Source: Octopus sinensis
Lineage: Eukaryota
NCBI RefSeq assembly: GCF_006345805.1
Contig: NC_043000.1
Location: 87,358,001-87,422,000 of the forward strand
Length of the DNA stretch: 64,000 nucleotides
Direction: 5' to 3'
Part shown: in pieces, positions 1 to 13,509 of the stretch
Position numbering within the stretch: the stretch's first letter is position 1
Layout of the letters: each line of letters begins with the position of its first letter
Notes under the pieces: generated by a model
What the model saw: only the letters and a program-made list of their open reading frames with translations
What the model was told of the DNA's origin: nothing
The model's database searches: none
Translations under genes and position numbers: made by a program

Positions 1-348
1 ATCTGCACTTCTGAATTTTGCAAACTATCTTCTGCAAATTCTTTCATTCAAGCATTCTTTCCCATAAACTGAGTGTATGCTTCGAGTCGCTTCGGCTGCA
101 GAATTTCCTTATATGTACTCAAAAAGCATTACGTGCCTTAAATGCTCTTTGGATACTACCATGTTAGAAAGGGTTTTAATCAAAGAAATGTTAATTCTAT
201 TGTTCTGTAAAATAATATTTAATTAGTTTGAATGTACACAAATGCATAAAAATAATTTTTAATTCCATTAGACATTCTAAAATACTATTAAATTTCATTC
301 AATTTTAAAAAAGGTAAAATCGGACAGAACTTATGGGATGATCTGATA
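1..348 (-). mobile_element. Mariner DNA transposon 5' end (TIR, 5' UTR, pseudogenised transposase N-terminus)
   Basis: Minus strand 162->1 reads MVVSKEHLRHVMLFEYI*GNSAAEATRSIHSVYGKECLNERICRR*FAKFRSAD, a mariner N-terminal HTH. The end reads TA|TCAGATCATCCCATAAGTTCTGTCCGAT (about 318-348), a TIR-like sequence with a TA target site. Confidence 0.8.
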
Positions 349-562
349 AATGTCAGAGCCTCCGCCATCAATACTTCCGTTCACAATCTGAGGTTTTACC
401 ATAAGGTCTGCCACATCCAGCTCCTTATACATAAATAGGCGCATACACATGTACTTACACGTCCATAAACGATTTTAAGATCGATCCTTCCCACCTCTTT
501 TTCTCCACACCGACTGCATTCCACTTGTGCTCCAGCCCCTCTCACTCTACAAGAATTGCCAT

Positions 563-625
563 CCTGATGGCACAGTCTAATCCCTATGGCACAGTCTAAT
601 CCTGATGGCACAGTCTAATCCCTAT
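563..625. repeat. 19-bp minisatellite, about 3.3 copies
   Basis: CCTGATGGCACAGTCTAAT / CCCTATGGCACAGTCTAAT / CCTGATGGCACAGTCTAAT / CCCTAT. Confidence 0.9.
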
Positions 626-1073
626 CCAAGGGACATAACTGTTATGAACAGAAATTTACTGTCGGGATTTCACCTACGGTTTATTTTTCGTTCTGTTTCT
701 TTACGACACTCACAAACCGAATGTGACACTGTCTGGCCGCCCTTCTTATATTTATTCACAAATAATTTCACGCATTTCGTTTATTTAAATAGTGTTTGGT
801 CACTTCAAATGGACTTTTGGGGGAATGGCGGGGGAAATTTTAGGAGTAGTAAACTGGCAGTAATTGGCTGATGAGAAACAGGCACCTATTTGGCGCTAGT
901 TTGGAAAGCAGGTTACAAGTTGACCAGTATTGCTTGTGCCGACCTAGCAGAAGTAAGGCGTTTTTAATGTTCAATGGAACTTTTCCTACCATGCCTGTAT
1001 TAGTTTTGTGACTATTCTGACGGACAGAAATATTTTGGACTTCTATTTTAGCGATGTAGGTGCTCATGCTTCG

Positions 1074-1580
<507 letters not shown>

Positions 1581-1955
1581 ACCCGTCCTGCCGAAAAGAC
1601 ACCTGTCTGTAACGTCCTGTTTTTGTTATTATTATTATCATTATTGTTTTTACGTATTTTCGTATTCTTATTCGTGTTATCATTATTATTTTTACGTATT
1701 TTTATATTCTTATTCGTTTCCGTCCTTGTTTTGTATACATTCGAGGCTTTCTTCCAAGGAATCTAATGCGCTTGGCTTAGATTTTCCTTTGGGGCTGGCC
1801 AGGTCGAAGCAATCTCAATATCAATCAGCCGAAATTGCGAAGATGACCCGGTTTTTGACTGAAGATCGAAGGCTTCGAATGTCCCGTCCGTTTTTTTTGT
1901 ATCGTCTTCTAAATGTTTTGCGTTCTTGTCCCAGTTTGTGTTTTTTTACATTTAT

Positions 1956-2045
<90 letters not shown>

Positions 2046-2124
2046 ATATATATATATATTATATGTATATATATATATAATATATATATGTATATGTATG
2101 CGTATATGTATAATATATATTTAT

Positions 2125-4110
2125 ATGCAAGAAGATGGAAGAAATTCATGTTGTTGCTATTGTAGCTAAAAATAGACTACACTTCCAAGAATCGCATGAA
2201 GCCTAGTGGGGTCATAGTGTTGTTGTGGGGTCATCATGTTGTAAGGCATTGTAATTCATTTCTAATTCATTTGTCTCTTTGTCAACTACTAAATCAAAGA
2301 CTAGAAGCCTAGAATCGGATTTAGCCTTAAATGGGATATAATACGGAGAGCGCAGCCTTATAGAGATAGTCGACATGGGTGTGAGCTGTGCTCTACGGAA
2401 ACTGATGAGATTTTTAAGTATAGGGACAAGAACAACCTGATTAATAATAGATTAGACCTAAGAGTATCATGCATGCATAGCGTCACCCGTACTTTTAAGT
2501 ATTTTCGAAACTAACGATTATAGGTGCCATACTTTAACTGATGGTGGATATTAATTTTGGTGTCGTATCCATTGTAAACTTACTTTCTAGTATTAAAGAT
2601 AATAAAATCATGGGATATTATGTTATATGGCGAATTAAATAGCATTGCATATGTTATAAGCTATGTGTTACGGTATGTGGTGTACCATATATAATACTGT
2701 TCCTTGATAACCCTTGCTTAGTTAGCCTGACTTCATCCTATTTCGGTGATTACACTATTCTCCTTTCCATGATGTTCTACCCTACTGATCATATGTATAT
2801 TTGTAGTAGCTTTAAGTAAGTAAGTCTCCATTCGACTAAATCCTATACCCCCTAGAAAATATAAAATCATACACACAATAACACCTGTAATATAACAACT
2901 TATAAAATCGCTTCGGTCTGAATACCTTTAACTGCCCTCTCTACTTCCATATTATTACCTCCTCTTTTCGGGTTACTTTTACTTCTTCCATAATTTTAAC
3001 CCCCTGTCCTTTTATATGTAGATTATATTTATATTTATTATTATTTTTTATAAATTCTTATTTTGTTTTCTTGTTTTGATATCCTTGCTTATTAACCTCT
3101 TATCCTTTATAAATTATTTTACTTGTTCTTAGATAGCTTTTGGTTACTTATGTCTATGCGGGATGGTTATACTATATCCATATAAGAATATAAATATTTG
3201 TGTATATGTATATATGCATACATGCACACATATAAATGTGTGTGTATCTGCAGGCATCTTTACTTTTTTATTCATAGCCTAAAATTAATAGATAGCATGT
3301 ATATTTCCCGTTATTCCGTAAGTAAATGCCCTGAGCAGTCTTTATAGAGACCACCTAATAAGTAATTAATTAAGTACATGAATGAATATTAAACTGATTC
3401 TATGTAAACTTTCTTTTTTAATGTTTATAATTGATATATACAAACCTTTTACCAATTTAGGTTATGATATCATTTTTGAAATTCTTAAATTATATTTTTA
3501 TACACCATAACAATATTATTTATAAACAATCACCCATGGTGCCCCAAAATAAAATTTTCTCTATATTAACATCTTAGTTTTCTTAGCGACTTGCCCCTTT
3601 AACTGGTAATTAACATCAATATTTAAAGTCTACCCCTATCCTGCCTCTTTTTATAGACATTTACTTATATCCAACTGACTACTCTTAATGTCTGATTTCC
3701 TCCCTGAGGTAAAGGGGTGCATATGATAATATTTGTGACTATACCTATCAACTCACTCTTGTCCTTTATTCAAAATAAACAGTCTTCTAGTCTTAGATTT
3801 AGTAGTTGATAAAGAGACAAATGAATTAGAAATGAATTACAATCCTTTACAACACTATGACCCCATTAGACTTCATTCGATTCTTGGAAGTGTAGTCTAT
3901 TTTTAGCTACAATATCAACAACATGAATTTCTTTAATCTTCTTGCATTGTTAGAATATTTGAGAAAAATTATATTAATGTGTCCTACTTATTAAAATTCT
4001 GAAGATGGCACTGCATTTATACTTATGTAATGATTGCATTGTTCAATTAAATGGAGCCCCTGAAACGATCGTACTGTATCACTACCTGATATCCTGTTGC
4101 TTATTTTGAT
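2125..4110 (+). mobile_element. Decayed PLE remnant with GIY-YIG C-terminal fragment, inverted 5' copy of the terminus and 3' HHR
   Basis: About 2317-2490 reads FSLKWDIIRRAQPYRDSRHGCELCSTETDEIFKYRDKNNLINNRLDLRVSCMH (Penelope EN C-terminal W..Y..CxxC..E..C.H). About 2140-2310 is the reverse complement of about 3783-3945. An HHR motif lies at about 3999-4080. Confidence 0.65.
3994..4080 (+). ncRNA. Type I HHR motif, long stem II; stem I 5' strand appears lost
   Basis: CTGAAGA (3999-4005) ... GAAA-CGATCG-TA (4062-4073). Paralogue of 27654-27741. Confidence 0.55.
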
Positions 4111-4192
<82 letters not shown>

Positions 4193-4234
4193 TATATATA
4201 TATATATATAATATTTTATAATTATGAGTATAAT

Positions 4235-4440
4235 TATAATTAGGGTTCAGCAAAGATTTGCTTTACCACATACCGAACTTTAGAAATAGTATCAAAAGAA
4301 CCTTAGCTATTTCTTCTACTATAAGAAGAAACCCCCGGACAACAAAATACTCAAAATAACCCACGTAGACAGAGAGGAAAAATAACGAAATTTACTCGGC
4401 ATTTGATTACCTGTGGACGCGTTTCGGAATTAGATCGGTA
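4235..4440 (-). mobile_element. PLE terminal-repeat fragment with 3' half of an HHR
   Basis: Minus strand reads ...TTCC-GAAA-CGCG-TC-CACAGG near 4410-4426; the CUGANGA half is absent. Confidence 0.4.
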
Positions 4441-4799
4441 TGAAGAATTTAAAAATCATACTTCACCCAAACATTTTCCTCCTCAGCACAGGATTCCACG
4501 ATTTTAAATTTGAGAGCACTGAAAAAATTGAACATACCTATCCAATTCAAAGTAGCATCAGACAGACTATATCCAATGACCAGTACCAACGAATTCAAAA
4601 CATACGAATGAGGTCCTCATCTTCCCTCGCCCATTATCATAATTATAAAATATTGTTTAAGTTTACCGAAAAATGGTCCTTTTAACATGCCGAATACTAC
4701 TTTGGTAGAACTATTAATTACTTGTTAATTAATTAATTTTACCCTTTATTATTATTATTGTTATTATCATTATTATTATTTCTATTATTCTTATTATTC

Positions 4800-4806
4800 T
4801 TCTTAT

Positions 4807-4837
<31 letters not shown>

Positions 4838-4842
4838 CTATA

Positions 4843-4878
<36 letters not shown>

Positions 4879-5007
4879 TGTATGTATTATGTATGTATGT
4901 ATGTGTGTGTGTGTGTACGTATGTATGTATGCATGTATGTATGTAGGTAGGTAGGTATGTATGTATGTGTGTGTTTGTACGTATATAAATGTACACACAC
5001 ATATTGT

Positions 5008-5038
<31 letters not shown>

Positions 5039-5305
5039 AAATTTACTTATCACTCAAAAATTTACAAAATGCTTTTCCGGTTTCAACAGTTTACGAATTC
5101 AGAGGCGATCGTATATATATACATAATATACAAAATGTTGAATAAGTTCAATAACCGCAGAAAACCTTTGTTGGAACCTATAAGAATATTACACAAAACT
5201 GTCTGACCTTTTCGCCTCTAGGCATTTTAAATAATTTCAATAATTTTTTTTTAAAAAAAAACAAGATCATTGAATCTGAGTTACAGATTAAAACTAACTT
5301 CTTAT
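4800..5305 (-). repeat. Inverted copy of about 7747-8250 (repeat fragment plus microsatellite)
   Basis: AATTTACTTATCACTCAAAAATTTACAAAATGC... at about 5040 is the reverse complement of ...GCATTTTGTAAATTTTTGAGTGATAAGTAAATT at about 8000-8030; the similarity extends through the flanking microsatellite. Confidence 0.85.
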
Positions 5306-5307
5306 GT

Positions 5308-5560
5308 ATACTAGCAGCTAAGCCCGGTTTCACCCGGTTTGTTTGGATGGTGTGACTGTGATCGTTTTCGGTTAGGCATAATCTATAACACCGTTTCTCA
5401 ACCATATCATTTCGGATCGCCTGTTTTGATTGGAGCCTCCAGCTGTATGAAAATTTCCTGATTCCACCCCACCCCTTGTCAGAAAACAGCTTCAGGAGTT
5501 GTGAAGAACGAATATGTACGTAGTCTGTCTAATCATTAAAAGATTGATTTAATTATGAAC
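5308..5560 (+). mobile_element. Possible non-autonomous Helitron-like element
   Basis: Begins ACTAGCAGCTAAGCCCGGTTTCACCCGG, resembling invertebrate Helitron/HINE 5' ends; no other support. Confidence 0.3.
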
Positions 5561-5663
5561 ATAGAAATAATTTATACATTAATTCCTAATTTTTGTAAGC
5601 AGTTGTATCCGTAGAAACTTTTATTTGCAGAGAGCAGAAATTGAAAGAAGATATATGAAATGG

Positions 5664-5715
<52 letters not shown>

Positions 5716-6526
5716 TGTGTGCGTTAGTCTGTGCGTGTGTGTGTGCGTGCGTGCTTGCGCGTGTGTATGTGAGAGAAAAAGAGGCTGAGAAAGAGAGATG
5801 GAATAAGTGAAGGTGTGTGTCGTGATGATTGACGTCTTTTAAGGTACACACACATACATAGAAAATATGAGGTCATCGTATAAAATTTTTACGATAGTTG
5901 ATTTATGGAAAAGATTATGTTAAATTTTTTAAATGCAAATATGTGAATGAAAATTAAGTTCACACCTCTACATAGTAGCTAGACCTGGTAGAAATAGCAG
6001 CCAAATCTCCTTCAAAACGCCCTACTGTCTTAATTCGCCTATTATGTAGTTTGAATGAGAAACTGTAACTAAAAGTTAAGATTATGAACCCCACAAAGAG
6101 GTGAAAGAAGAGAGACAGGATAGCGAAAGTTTTGGCTGACTGTCATCCTGTACTCCCCTTGTTGCTAGCGAAATGGTATATTCCGGCTGTGTGAGCAACT
6201 GGTTGTTTTAATGGCTGAACAAAGTTTTAATCGCTTTTCTCGGTAACTATGGGGGCTAGGAAAAATAAAAACCGCATTCCAATCTATGCACCCGTCTCCA
6301 CATGTGTGCCATTTCTCACGCGAATCCAGCCAGCCGTTTGGCTGTGAACCTCAAGACAAGAAAGAATACAACGATCGCCCATGTCCAATTTATACTATAG
6401 ATATACATGCATATATGGGTACAGGACGTGAAAAAGCATGAACAAAATGAGAAACGAAAACATAAAAATCAACAGCATGGAAAACGAACTTCTTTTCGAA
6501 CAACGAAATATAGATATATATATATA

Positions 6527-6650
6527 TACGACGGGCTTCTTTCAGTTTCCGTGTACCAGATTCACTCACAAGGCTTTGGTCGGACCGAGGCCATAGTGGA
6601 AGACACTCACCCAAGGTGCCACGCAGTGGGACTGAACCCAGAACCATGTG
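6527..6650 (-). mobile_element. tRNA-derived SINE (partial); same family as 47694-47856
   Basis: Reverse complement reads GGTTCAGTCCCACTGCGTGGCACCTTGGG... (B-box), matching 47745-47856. Confidence 0.75.
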
Positions 6651-8037
6651 AGAAGGGAAGAGAAAGGCCTGTTATAAAATGACAGTCAGCGAAGACCAAC
6701 AATGATGAAACTGCATCACAATCACCATCAAAACTGCTTACCTTTCTTGCAGAAACTATATGGACTGTCATTTTCCAAAGGTTTGGGACTGATAATTAGA
6801 GGAGACCTATCGGATAGTTATAAGTATCAAAAGAACATAATTCTGAGCCGTTATTCGTTTCAGTGATGCCATCTCCAATATTGCTCTCATTGCTACTGAC
6901 CACAAAGTTTTGGTAATGTGTGGATTTGAAATGCATCAATATAGCTTTCTTCAGTGTAAGCTGACTCAAGGGAAGAAATCGCAAGCTGAGAGGTTCAACG
7001 TGAACTGCTACAATGTCAAACTCTCTAGCTCAATCTGGGACTGAAAGTTAGACTAAGCTACTTGATCATCAAAGTATGGACTTCAAAACAACTGGTGATT
7101 GATAAGATCAAAATTAGGTGAAATGGTGAAAAAACACATTTCAGATAAACCTGCTGCAGCTGTCCATGTCACATTTTACAGCCTTTACAGCGTTCACAGA
7201 GCAATGAGCAGTAGTCATAATGTCGGCGTTTTGACATCCAGCGCGTATTATCATGACACAAGTGATACTTTTCCAATATTCAAACGACTTCTATTCCCCT
7301 ATGTAAGCTAACTTTTTCTCAATTACAACTTTAATCTTTATGCTCTCCAACACTGTTGTCTGTTCATCATGTTGTTCTTAAAAGAAAGGAGAAAACATGA
7401 AAAATCGTCAGATTTTGCCTGTGTTCAATGCTTTATCGATTCTCAAACAATAATAGAAATTAATCAAAAAACTTTATATTAACATTTGAAATAAAACCAT
7501 TGACTACAATGTTAAAAGTAGGAAACATACTGATTTGGTCAAAACCTGTAACAGCAGTATATAAGAATGTTTCCTAAGGCATTTTTAAATATTTCAATTA
7601 AAAAAAACCGATTTTTCGACAAAACCATTGAATGAGGGATGTCGGTTGATGAATTCAAAATATTTCATGAAATATTATTTTAACACGCCTAACAGCTGGA
7701 CATAATGAACTGTTGTGTCATCCTGATACACGCTCCATACGAGTAAAAAGAAGTTAGTTTTAATCTGTAACTCACATTCAATGATCTTGTTTTTAAAAAA
7801 AAAATTATTGAAATTATTTAAAATGCCTAGAGGCGAAAAGGTCAGACAGTTTTGTGTAATATTCTTATAGGTTCCAACAAAGGTTTTCTGCGGTTATTGA
7901 ACTTATTTAACATTTTGTATATTATGTATATATATACGATCGTTGTTATGTTTCTCTTCAACGCCTCTGAATTCGTAAACTGTTGAAACCGGAAAAGCAT
8001 TTTGTAAATTTTTGAGTGATAAGTAAATTTATATATT

Positions 8038-8080
<43 letters not shown>

Positions 8081-8359
8081 ATATATATATGTACACTATG
8101 TGTGTGTACATTTATATACGTACAAACACACACATACCTACCTACCTACCTACCTACCTATCTACATACATACAACATACATACACACAATACATACATA
8201 CATACATACATACACAACACACATACATACATACATACATATACATATACATACATATATATATATAGACATGTACATATATGTGTATATACACACACAC
8301 ACACACACACACATACATACATACACACACACACACATATATATACATATATATATATA

Positions 8360-9634
8360 GAATCTCTCAAGTTCATTCTGACAAACAATTTTTTTCTCTT
8401 CGACGACACACACTACCGTCAAAAATGTGGCATTGCGATGGGTACCAAGGCTGCACCAGTCCTTGCGAACCTCATAATGGGTTACTTCGAACTGTCACTC
8501 TATGAAACATCAAGCCAGAAATTTGGACATGTTTTCCACACCTACCTAATGGAAAACTGGAAAAGGTATTTAGATGATTGTTTCATCATATGGAAAGAAC
8601 CTTATGAAAAACTCCTGGAATTCAAAACCATACTAAACAACATACATCCCAACATCCAATTCACTATGGAAAAGCAAAACATCATCCCATTCCTTGATCT
8701 CCTAATTATAAAAACACCTAAGAACCAAATCATAACAGACATCTACCACAAACCTACAGACTCAACAATACCTCCTCTTTAGTTCATGCCACCCAAAAAC
8801 ACACCAAGACAAATATCCCTTTCAATTTAGCTAAAAGGGTATGCACCATTGTCTCGGATCCAAAAACACGAGAAATACGCCTTCAAGACCTCAAAAAAAC
8901 ACTATTACAACGTCAATATCCCTCCACCCTTATAGAGTATGGAATAAAACGCGCCAAAGAACTAGACAACACTACACTGAAAACCACCCAACCTAACACC
9001 ACACACAACCTCAAAATACTTCCATACATTTCCACCCACAACCCCAAAAATATCGAAGCATACACCACAATCATACAAAACCTCAGTCTACTGTCAACAG
9101 ACCCAAAAATGAAAAACATTATAAATACACACAAAATCCTCAAATGCAAAAGGCAACACAAATCTTTAAAAAAAACTCTTGACAAATGCCAAACTTCACA
9201 CACCACATCCACCCCCAACAGTAAAAAAATGTGCACGCTCAAACTGTGGTACCTGCCCCTTTCTACTTGAAGGCTCTGAATTTACCTTCAAACAAGGTAC
9301 GAAGTTTAAAATCAAGACTAACTTCTCCTGTTCCTCCGAGAACCTTATCTACGTTCTCACATGCGCTGGTTGCCAACATAATTATGTTGGACAAACGAGT
9401 CTCCCGTTACGTAAACGAGTAACGGTGCATAAAGAACAAATAAATCTCCCGGAATACCGACAAATTCCACTGAGTGACCACTTAGACTCATGTGCTAAAG
9501 ACTTAAACCCCAAATTCTATATATTCCCCTTCTACCAATGTAAAGACGGGATCACCACACAGGAGAGAATTAACAAGGAGAATCTCTTTATTGAAAAATT
9601 CCAAACACAACTTAATATGCAAACTCCTCGTTGA
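8360..9634 (+). pseudogene. PLE RT/GIY-YIG polyprotein, frameshifted
   Basis: Non-repetitive part of ORF 8102-8782, ORF 9179-9634 and the intervening frame (HPKHTKTNIPFNLAKRVCTIVSD). Confidence 0.9.
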
Positions 9635-10257
9635 TCAAACTTCCTTTCTCTACCTCACTCTCATGGATGGACTAACACAAATATATAAAGATACCATGCA
9701 TTCATCACTTCAAGCTAAAACTTATATTCTTTAAATATCATTTTTACTATTGTTGTTATTACTATCATTTTTATTATAAATGATATGACAATTTGAAATG
9801 CAATTGTCTATGCAGATTTATATAATTAGAAAATAATATAAATAAAGTGTTAAAATCTGAAAGTTAAGTTAACAAGCAATTATATAAAAAAGATAACGCA
9901 AATGAAGCTAAAATGATAATTTTATAATTTGGGTTTTATTGAAGAACTCAAAAGAGTTGTCTCCCCTTACTCACAACACAGGAACTGAAGAACCAGGACC
10001 ACAATTACTACTACTTCCTGTCCTGCAAACATGCTGAATTTAACAACAACAACACATGCTCTTAATCCCTTTGGATCTTAACACCTCAAGGTAATTTTTC
10101 GTAAACAACCATAAAACTCAAGATACACAACGAACTCACAATGTATCGGAGAACTTATTTTTTAATTTTTGTACATTTTTATCATTATTTTACAAAAACA
10201 ATGCAATTTTCTTTTTTTCCCCTTTCTAATTTAAAAAAAACTTTTTTAAAACATAAA

Positions 10258-10296
10258 TATTCTTGACAAGTCACAATGACGAAAACCGGTTGAATA
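10258..10296 (+). ncRNA. Minimal type I HHR with U3-A8 core variant
   Basis: TATTC-TTGACAA-GTCA-CAA-TGAC-GAAA-(A)CCGGT-T-GAATA: stem I UAUUC/GAAUA, stem II GUCA/UGAC, palindromic stem III. Confidence 0.7.
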
Positions 10297-10424
10297 AATA
10301 TATATTTATATATTTTATCAATTTCTCATTTATTAAAATTTTCTTTCATTGAGCATTCTGCATTTTTAAAAAAAGTTTTCTTACTTATATATATATATAT
10401 ATATTATATATATATATTATTTAT

Positions 10425-10728
10425 GTGGAGGCACAATGGCCCAATGGTCAGGGCAGCGGACTCACGGTCGCAGGATCGCGGTTTTGATTCCCAGACCGGT
10501 CATTGTGAGTTTTTATTGAGCGAAAACACCTAAAAGCTCCACGAGGCTCCGGCAGGGGAGTGATCCCTGCTGTACTCTTTCGCCACTCTTTCTCGCACTC
10601 TTTCTTCTGTTGACCTGCTCGCTTAGCCAGTGGGGTGGCGTCATTCGAAGGCTAAAACAATGCGAACGCATTGTTACCAGCGATGTGTAGCAAAATTTAA
10701 TGGTCTGGTCGGTCACGTGATCACGTGA
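10425..10728 (+). mobile_element. tRNA-derived SINE, full length
   Basis: A-box-like TGGCCCAATGG and B-box-like GGTTTTGATTCC; ends CACGTGATCACGTGA followed by (TA). Confidence 0.8.
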
Positions 10729-11039
10729 TATATATTATTTATATTATCATATTATCGAACGCCACGCATCCATTTCCAAGTAAGTTTTATCTTAATTCCG
10801 ATGCGCACTCTAGAACCTGTCTCTATTCTGTCTCCCTCTCTTGTTCTTCTTCCATTTTGTTTTTCTCTCCCACCCTTTCTCCAAATTCTTCTCCTCTCAC
10901 TTTTACCGTCCCCTGTCTCTCTCTCTCACTCTTCGTCCTTGACTCTCGTTGCTCACACGTGACCAACAGCTATCTATCTTTCTTCTACTTCCTTCCTAAA
11001 AACAAGACGCGCTTTTGCCTATCTCTTCTCAAAGCTCGT

Positions 11040-11310
11040 TTTTTCAGCGTTCCCTAAACCCCCGCAAAAAATCCCAAATTTTATTTAATTTGTTTTGTGG
11101 GAAGGACAGTTTTAACGAAGTCGCGTCTTGTCCCTACCTTCGTAACGCGGAGTCGATAAAACAGGGGACAACTGATGAAGGGAATGTTCTTTATGTTGCC
11201 TGTCTCGTTTCTCTATTTGTTTCTTTCGTTGTTCGGAAAAAGTTCCATGTTTTGTTTTTTATGTTCTCGTTTCTCATTTTGTTCACGTGTTTTTTGCCGT
11301 CCTGTAACCA
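11040..11310 (+). mobile_element. Short repeat element, probable PLE terminal repeat, carrying HHR-like segments
   Basis: CTGATGA at 11172-11178, preceded by the TTGTCCC/GGGACAA stem; ends in (TA)n like other pLTR fragments. Confidence 0.4.
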
Positions 11311-11320
11311 TATATGCACG

Positions 11321-11358
<38 letters not shown>

Positions 11359-11365
11359 ATATATC

Positions 11366-11431
<66 letters not shown>

Positions 11432-11518
11432 TATATACGGTTACGTGCATGTATATATAATATATAATATATATATATATATATATACGGTTACGTGTGC
11501 ATGTATATATATATATAT

Positions 11519-11547
<29 letters not shown>

Positions 11548-11549
<2 letters not shown>

Positions 11550-11710
11550 TTGTCCCCAACATCGCTTGTCAACCAATGCTGGTGTGTTTACGTCCCTGTA
11601 ACTTAGCGGTTCGGCAAAAGGGAGCGGTAGAATAAGTACTACAATTACAAAGAATAAGTCCTGGAGTCGATTTACCCGATTATAGGCGGTGTTCCAGCAA
11701 ATCACTAAAA
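11548..11710 (-). mobile_element. SINE 3' portion; family also at 45815-46022 (+) and 55885-55990 (-)
   Basis: Shared TTTTGCCGAACCGCTAAGTTACAGGGACGTAAACACACCAGC motif across the three loci. Confidence 0.75.
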
Positions 11711-11769
11711 CAAGTAAAAGTATAAAATAATAAAAGCATATGTGTGTGTGTATATGCCTATATATATAT

Positions 11770-11815
<46 letters not shown>

Positions 11816-11820
11816 ATATA

Positions 11821-11851
<31 letters not shown>

Positions 11852-12372
11852 TTGTATGTATGTATGTATGTATGTACGTATGTATGTACGTATTTATATA
11901 TATATATATATATATATACATAATGTGTGTGTTTGTGTGTGTGTGTGTGTTGTGTGTATGTGTGTGTGTTTGTGTGTGTGTGTAAATGATTTCTTCTGCC
12001 GGATATCTTCACCTCAAAAAGTCCTTGTCATGTCACAGTTAACAATTGAACAGAGACAGAAGAAAGCGAAAGAAAGAAAAGAAAATAACGAATTTAGCAC
12101 AAATCTCTTGTCTGTCGAGACCAAAACGAAATTGATCGCTCTCACATAGTGTTGAGATATTCCTACCGATCAATCTTTGTAGTGTTTCATTTCCGCGCTT
12201 GTATCTATGACTCATAAAAAAACTTATTACATTGTTTTTTAGCTTCGACAGAAACAAAAGATTTACGACAAATGTCCGTTTCCGAATAATATTGTTCTAA
12301 GAAATCTAAATTAGTCATTTAATTCACGACAAATATATGCATATATCATCATTTACTGATACTTCGAGAAAG

Positions 12373-12590
12373 ACAGCGTGCTGGCAGGATCATTACCACG
12401 CCGGGAATAAAGCTTAGCGGCATTTCATCTGTCTGTACGTATTTGAATTCAAATGCCACCGGGATCGATTTTGCCTTTCATCCTTTAGTGGTAGATAAAA
12501 TAAGTATCAGGTGAGCACTGGGTTCGATATAATCGACTCATACCCTCCCCTGAAATTGCTGGCATTGTGCCAAACTTTGAAACCAATATT
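12373..12590 (+). mobile_element. tRNA-derived SINE (family with TTTGCCTTTCATCCTTT core)
   Basis: GTGCTGGCAGGATCATTACCACGCCGGG head and GCCTTTCATCCTTTAGTGGTAGATAAAATAAGTA core, shared with 41695-42420 and 59484-59712. Confidence 0.75.
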
Positions 12591-13509
12591 ACCTCTAGAT
12601 CATCCAGCAAAATGTCTATATATATGAATGGTAGTATTTGGGGATATTTGGTAACGTTATATCAATGAAAACTGCGATTGTATGCCGTAACGTAAAGGTT
12701 TTCTGTTTCTTCTTTCTTCCGCGTCTATGTTCCCCTGTAATTTTGGGCATATATTTCAAAGGTCGAAATACTTCTGGGAAGTAGATATTTGTCGTCAAGT
12801 CAATCTTTTATTGAACGTAGAGTGGTATTGTTACAGAGCCACAAAAGAAAAAGTGTGAAACCTTCAGTTATGAAAATTCATCGATAAAGTGACTTAATCC
12901 AGACAGCTAAATACCTTAATAGCTACGCTGGTTGCAATATCTTCATTGCATTTGGATTCGAACATTTAAATTTCGGTTTCGATAGACAGGAGTTGATATT
13001 ATTTTATGCATCCTTCGAGCTGGAGGGTCTCGCGGTGAACATGGAAGCCGCGGGCATAAGCCCGCGTGAGGTCGATTGCTAGTGCACATTTCGATATACT
13101 TTTTGCTAGAAGAGGAAAGAAACTTATAAAAATCTATATTTATTTTGTTATAACTTACAAATTCCTGATCGACTTCATCAATATTATTCTTCAAAATAGC
13201 CTCAAATACCACGTTAATGCATACATACATACATACATACATATACACACGCGCACACAAACGCTCACATAGACACAGACACGGAAACACACAGGCACAC
13301 ACACATATATATATATATACATATACATATGCATACATATATATATACATATGCATTCATTCATACATACTTACATGCATGCATATATATGCATACATAC
13401 ATACATGCATACATGCATACATACATACATATATACAAAGGACCCATACATACATACAGACTCAAAACCTGTGCTTCAATTTTCTCTCTATCTCTCCTGT
13501 CCCGCGTAA

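Larger units (their letters stand above)
8360..10300 (+). mobile_element. 5'-truncated Neptune-type PLE (RT, GIY-YIG, 3' UTR with HHR)
   Basis: RT motifs GIAMGTKAAPVLANL, KRYLDDCFIIW, PFLDLLI and DIYHKPTD, with a frameshift near 8770. Endonuclease CARSNCGTC...NLIYVLTCAGCQHNYVGQT...HKEQI ends at the stop at 9634. Confidence 0.93.

Noticed and set aside
1857-1890. CTGAAGA-TCGAAGGCTTC-GAATGTC HHR-like string
   Set aside because: GAAA is degenerate and no stem I partner exists; at most a decayed copy.
7964-7998. CTGAAT...GAAACCGGA HHR-like string, also inverted at about 5070-5105
   Set aside because: Core is incomplete, with no stem II and no UH triplet.
13026-13070. Perfect hairpin CGCGGGC-ATAA-GCCCGCG in a short unassigned repeat
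   Set aside because: An isolated hairpin with no ribozyme core or terminal signature I could assign.
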